In this document: positions 61,976-64,000 of the stretch, one piece after another
Layout: each line of letters begins with the position of its first letter
How positions within the stretch are numbered: the stretch's first letter is position 1
Assembly (NCBI GenBank): GCA_902589175.1
Contig: CACIRX010000005.1
Span: 5,708 to 69,707 of the forward strand
From: an uncultured Pelagibacteraceae bacterium
GTDB lineage: Bacteria; Pseudomonadota; Alphaproteobacteria; Pelagibacterales; AG-422-B15
DNA length: 64,000 bases
Direction: 5' to 3'
Position numbers and translations under genes: made by a program
The notes under the pieces: generated by a model
Databases searched by the model: none
Seen by the model: the letters and a program-made list of their open reading frames with translations, nothing else
What the model was told of the DNA's origin: nothing

Positions 61976-62992
61976 ATGACAGTACAAAAAGACAATATTT
62001 ATGAGTTTGGATTTGGAAGAAGTGATCAAGTATCTAAAAATGTAAATTTACTTGATGAGGCTGTATTTAGCTTTTTATACGGGGGGTTATTTAAAGTACT
62101 TAAATCACTTGCGCTTACAAGTTTATTAGATTTAGAAATTGTATTTAGACTTTATGTGAATTTTTATAAAGGTCTCTCATTCTATGACATTCAATACTTT
62201 ACTCAGTCTCCAGAGAGAACTCTTTGGAGAAGGTTAAAATATCTTGAGGAGAATGGAGTAATCAGAAAATCAAAAAACCAAAAAGATAAAAGAACAATTA
62301 GATTTTTATTATCAAAAAATTCGTACGACAAACTGAGTAATTCTATACCAAAAGAAGACTTGGCAATAACAATTTCAAAAATTGCCATGTCCTACGCAGA
62401 TAAACTATGGATGTTCAATGTAAGAGATCCAAACAAAGTTAGAAAAACACTTTTAAATCTTGCAAGAAGTTCAGTTTCATTAAATGAAAATAATTTTCTG
62501 TGTCAATTTGCCTTTGGGTTATCATATTATTATGGAGGTAATTTTGACCTTGCTTTGAATCACTCTTATAACTCAATCAAGTTAAATAAGAAGTTTGCAC
62601 ATGGTAGACGACTGTTTGGATCATCCCTATTTCAAATCGATGAAAAGAAGAGAGCATATTCAGAAATGAATAAGGCTCTTGAACTATATGAAGATATATA
62701 TGGACAATGGAGAACGTATTTTGAGTTATGGAGATTTAACTTTATTGATGGTAAAATCAAGGAGGCTCAAAAATTTTCTGAAAAGCTTGTAAGGTTACAA
62801 CCTGAGTATCCTCAATCTTATATTGCTTACCTCGCATCACATCACAAAAATGCATCTGTTAGATCAATGAAAAGTAAACTAAACCAACTTTTACCAAACT
62901 TCTCGCCAACTATGATCAAAAGTTTTCACTCATGGATAAGAGATGATCAGGCAGAAATGATCATTGATTCCCTTCGAAAACACCTAGCTTAA
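61976..62992 (+). CDS. Hypothetical regulator: MarR-like winged HTH plus TPR-like helical domain
   Basis: ERTLWRRLKYLEENGVIRK..N.KDKR..RFLLS is a wHTH with a DxR wing; the C-terminus shows TPR periodicity (FGLSYYY.G.FD.A, KALEL, GKIKEA..L.RLQPEY). Confidence 0.7.
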   Translation: MTVQKDNIYEFGFGRSDQVSKNVNLLDEAVFSFLYGGLFKVLKSLALTSLLDLEIVFRLYVNFYKGLSFYDIQYFTQSPERTLWRRLKYLEENGVIRKSKNQKDKRTIRFLLSKNSYDKLSNSIPKEDLAITISKIAMSYADKLWMFNVRDPNKVRKTLLNLARSSVSLNENNFLCQFAFGLSYYYGGNFDLALNHSYNSIKLNKKFAHGRRLFGSSLFQIDEKKRAYSEMNKALELYEDIYGQWRTYFELWRFNFIDGKIKEAQKFSEKLVRLQPEYPQSYIAYLASHHKNASVRSMKSKLNQLLPNFSPTMIKSFHSWIRDDQAEMIIDSLRKHLA

Positions 62993-62998
62993 GCTGAA

Positions 62999-63072
62999 TG
63001 GAGGCCACGACCGGAATCGAACCGGTATACAAGGATTTGCAGTCCTCTGCGTAACCATTCCGCCACGTGGCC
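62999..63072 (-). tRNA. tRNA-Cys (anticodon GCA)
   Basis: Minus strand GGCCACG...CGTGGCC-T-CCA; anticodon loop CT-GCA-AA; 74 nt. Confidence 0.97.
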
Positions 63073-63165
63073 AAACCGATAATTTTTATATCATTATTAT
63101 TCAGAAATTGTGAATACTTTTGAAATGTAAATGATCATATACTATAAAGCGCATTAAAATAAAAT

Positions 63166-63816
63166 ATGGATGAAACAGTTTTAAATAAAAACATGGTTGA
63201 TGGACAAATCAAGCCTATAAATGGGATGAGTGAACAACTGCTTTCTGCTTTCTATTCTCTAAATAGAAATGACTTTATGCCTGAAACGCTAAATAACATG
63301 TCATATGTGGACAAAAATATTATTTTGGAAAACAATAGAACTATTTTAAAGCCTGAGTTAATAGCTAAAATTGCATTGTTTATTGACTTAAAGCCTGATG
63401 AAAATGTTTTAGTTCTAGGTTCGTCAACTGGATATCTTAGCGCAATTTTATCTCACTTGGCTGAAACAGTCATTGTTGTTGAGGAAGACGAGAGATTACT
63501 AGATGAGTCTGAGAAAGCAGTAAAAAAAAATAATATAAACAATATTGTTTTCATTAAAAGTGGATTGAGTAAAGGTTATAGTGATCAGTCACCATTTAAT
63601 GCAATCATAATTGAAGGCGCAGTACAAGAAGTTCCTCGTAACATATTAGAACAGTTAGAGGAAGGTGGCAGACTACTTGCTATAATTGATGAAGGTGAAG
63701 TTTGTTCAGGTATTCTATTTACAAAAACTGGTAACAAATTTAATGAACAGAACCTATTTAATTGTTATTTACCAGCTCTAGATGTATTTAAGAAAAAAAA
63801 TAGCTTTAGTTTCTAA
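63166..63816 (+). CDS. pcm: Protein-L-isoaspartate O-methyltransferase family protein
   Basis: NMVDGQIKP, R..F.P, VLVLGSSTGY.SA, PFNAIIIEGAV and QL.EGGRL motifs; divergent from tRNA-Cys. Confidence 0.88.
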   Translation: MDETVLNKNMVDGQIKPINGMSEQLLSAFYSLNRNDFMPETLNNMSYVDKNIILENNRTILKPELIAKIALFIDLKPDENVLVLGSSTGYLSAILSHLAETVIVVEEDERLLDESEKAVKKNNINNIVFIKSGLSKGYSDQSPFNAIIIEGAVQEVPRNILEQLEEGGRLLAIIDEGEVCSGILFTKTGNKFNEQNLFNCYLPALDVFKKKNSFSF

Positions 63817-63842
63817 TTACATATGGCTATAAAAGTTTATAA

Positions 63843-64000
63843 ATGAGCAAAAATAATCCAAATACTGAAGAGATACTTGATGCCATAAAAAATATGATGT
63901 CAGAGAGACCTATTCAGCATAACCAAGAATTACCTAAAGATGTAATTGAGCTAACAAATCCAATAAATGAAAGTGAAAACAAAGAAGATGAAAAATTAGA
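63843..64000 (+). CDS. popZ: Polar organizing protein PopZ (DUF2497)-like, N-terminal part only
   Basis: MSKNNPNTEEILDAIKNMMS...DVIELT resembles the PopZ helix 1 (P-S-MEEILASIRRII) and DVLELT motifs; lies downstream of pcm; truncated by the window edge. Confidence 0.7.
   Translation, partial: MSKNNPNTEEILDAIKNMMSERPIQHNQELPKDVIELTNPINESENKEDEKL

Overview
Gene-dense, very AT-rich chromosomal segment with almost no intergenic DNA. It most likely comes from a streamlined marine alphaproteobacterium (inferred from gene order and content: gatCAB, rsh-pyrE-pdxJ-acpS-lepB-rnc-era-recO, aapJQMP, NDUFS4-like subunit, pcm-popZ, alternative oxidase). It holds about 65 CDS, mostly housekeeping, six tRNAs (Ser-GCT, Glu-TTC, Pro-TGG, Arg-TCT, Asn-GTT, Cys-GCA), a TPP riboswitch and a SAM-II-like riboswitch. 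No CRISPR array, integrase, transposase or prophage was seen. Points of interest: (1) a SAM-II-like leader on metY with terminator, antiterminator and an unexplained long-range 'lock' helix; (2) a light/redox-stress block beside tRNA-Glu (AOX with an EEQA variant motif and a RegA-like palindrome, two small uncharacterised genes, an Fe-S-less (6-4) photolyase, glutathione peroxidase); (3) a TPP-riboswitch thiBP unit lacking thiQ and running into nhaD; (4) an orphan MarR-wHTH/TPR protein between tRNA-Cys and tRNA-Asn; (5) a tRNA-punctuated aguAB transcript; (6) a one-base frameshift in glyA; (7) several genes absent from their usual clusters (pyrC, dprA, rpoZ, fabH, tolC). All calls come from reading the sequence by eye; no searches were run.
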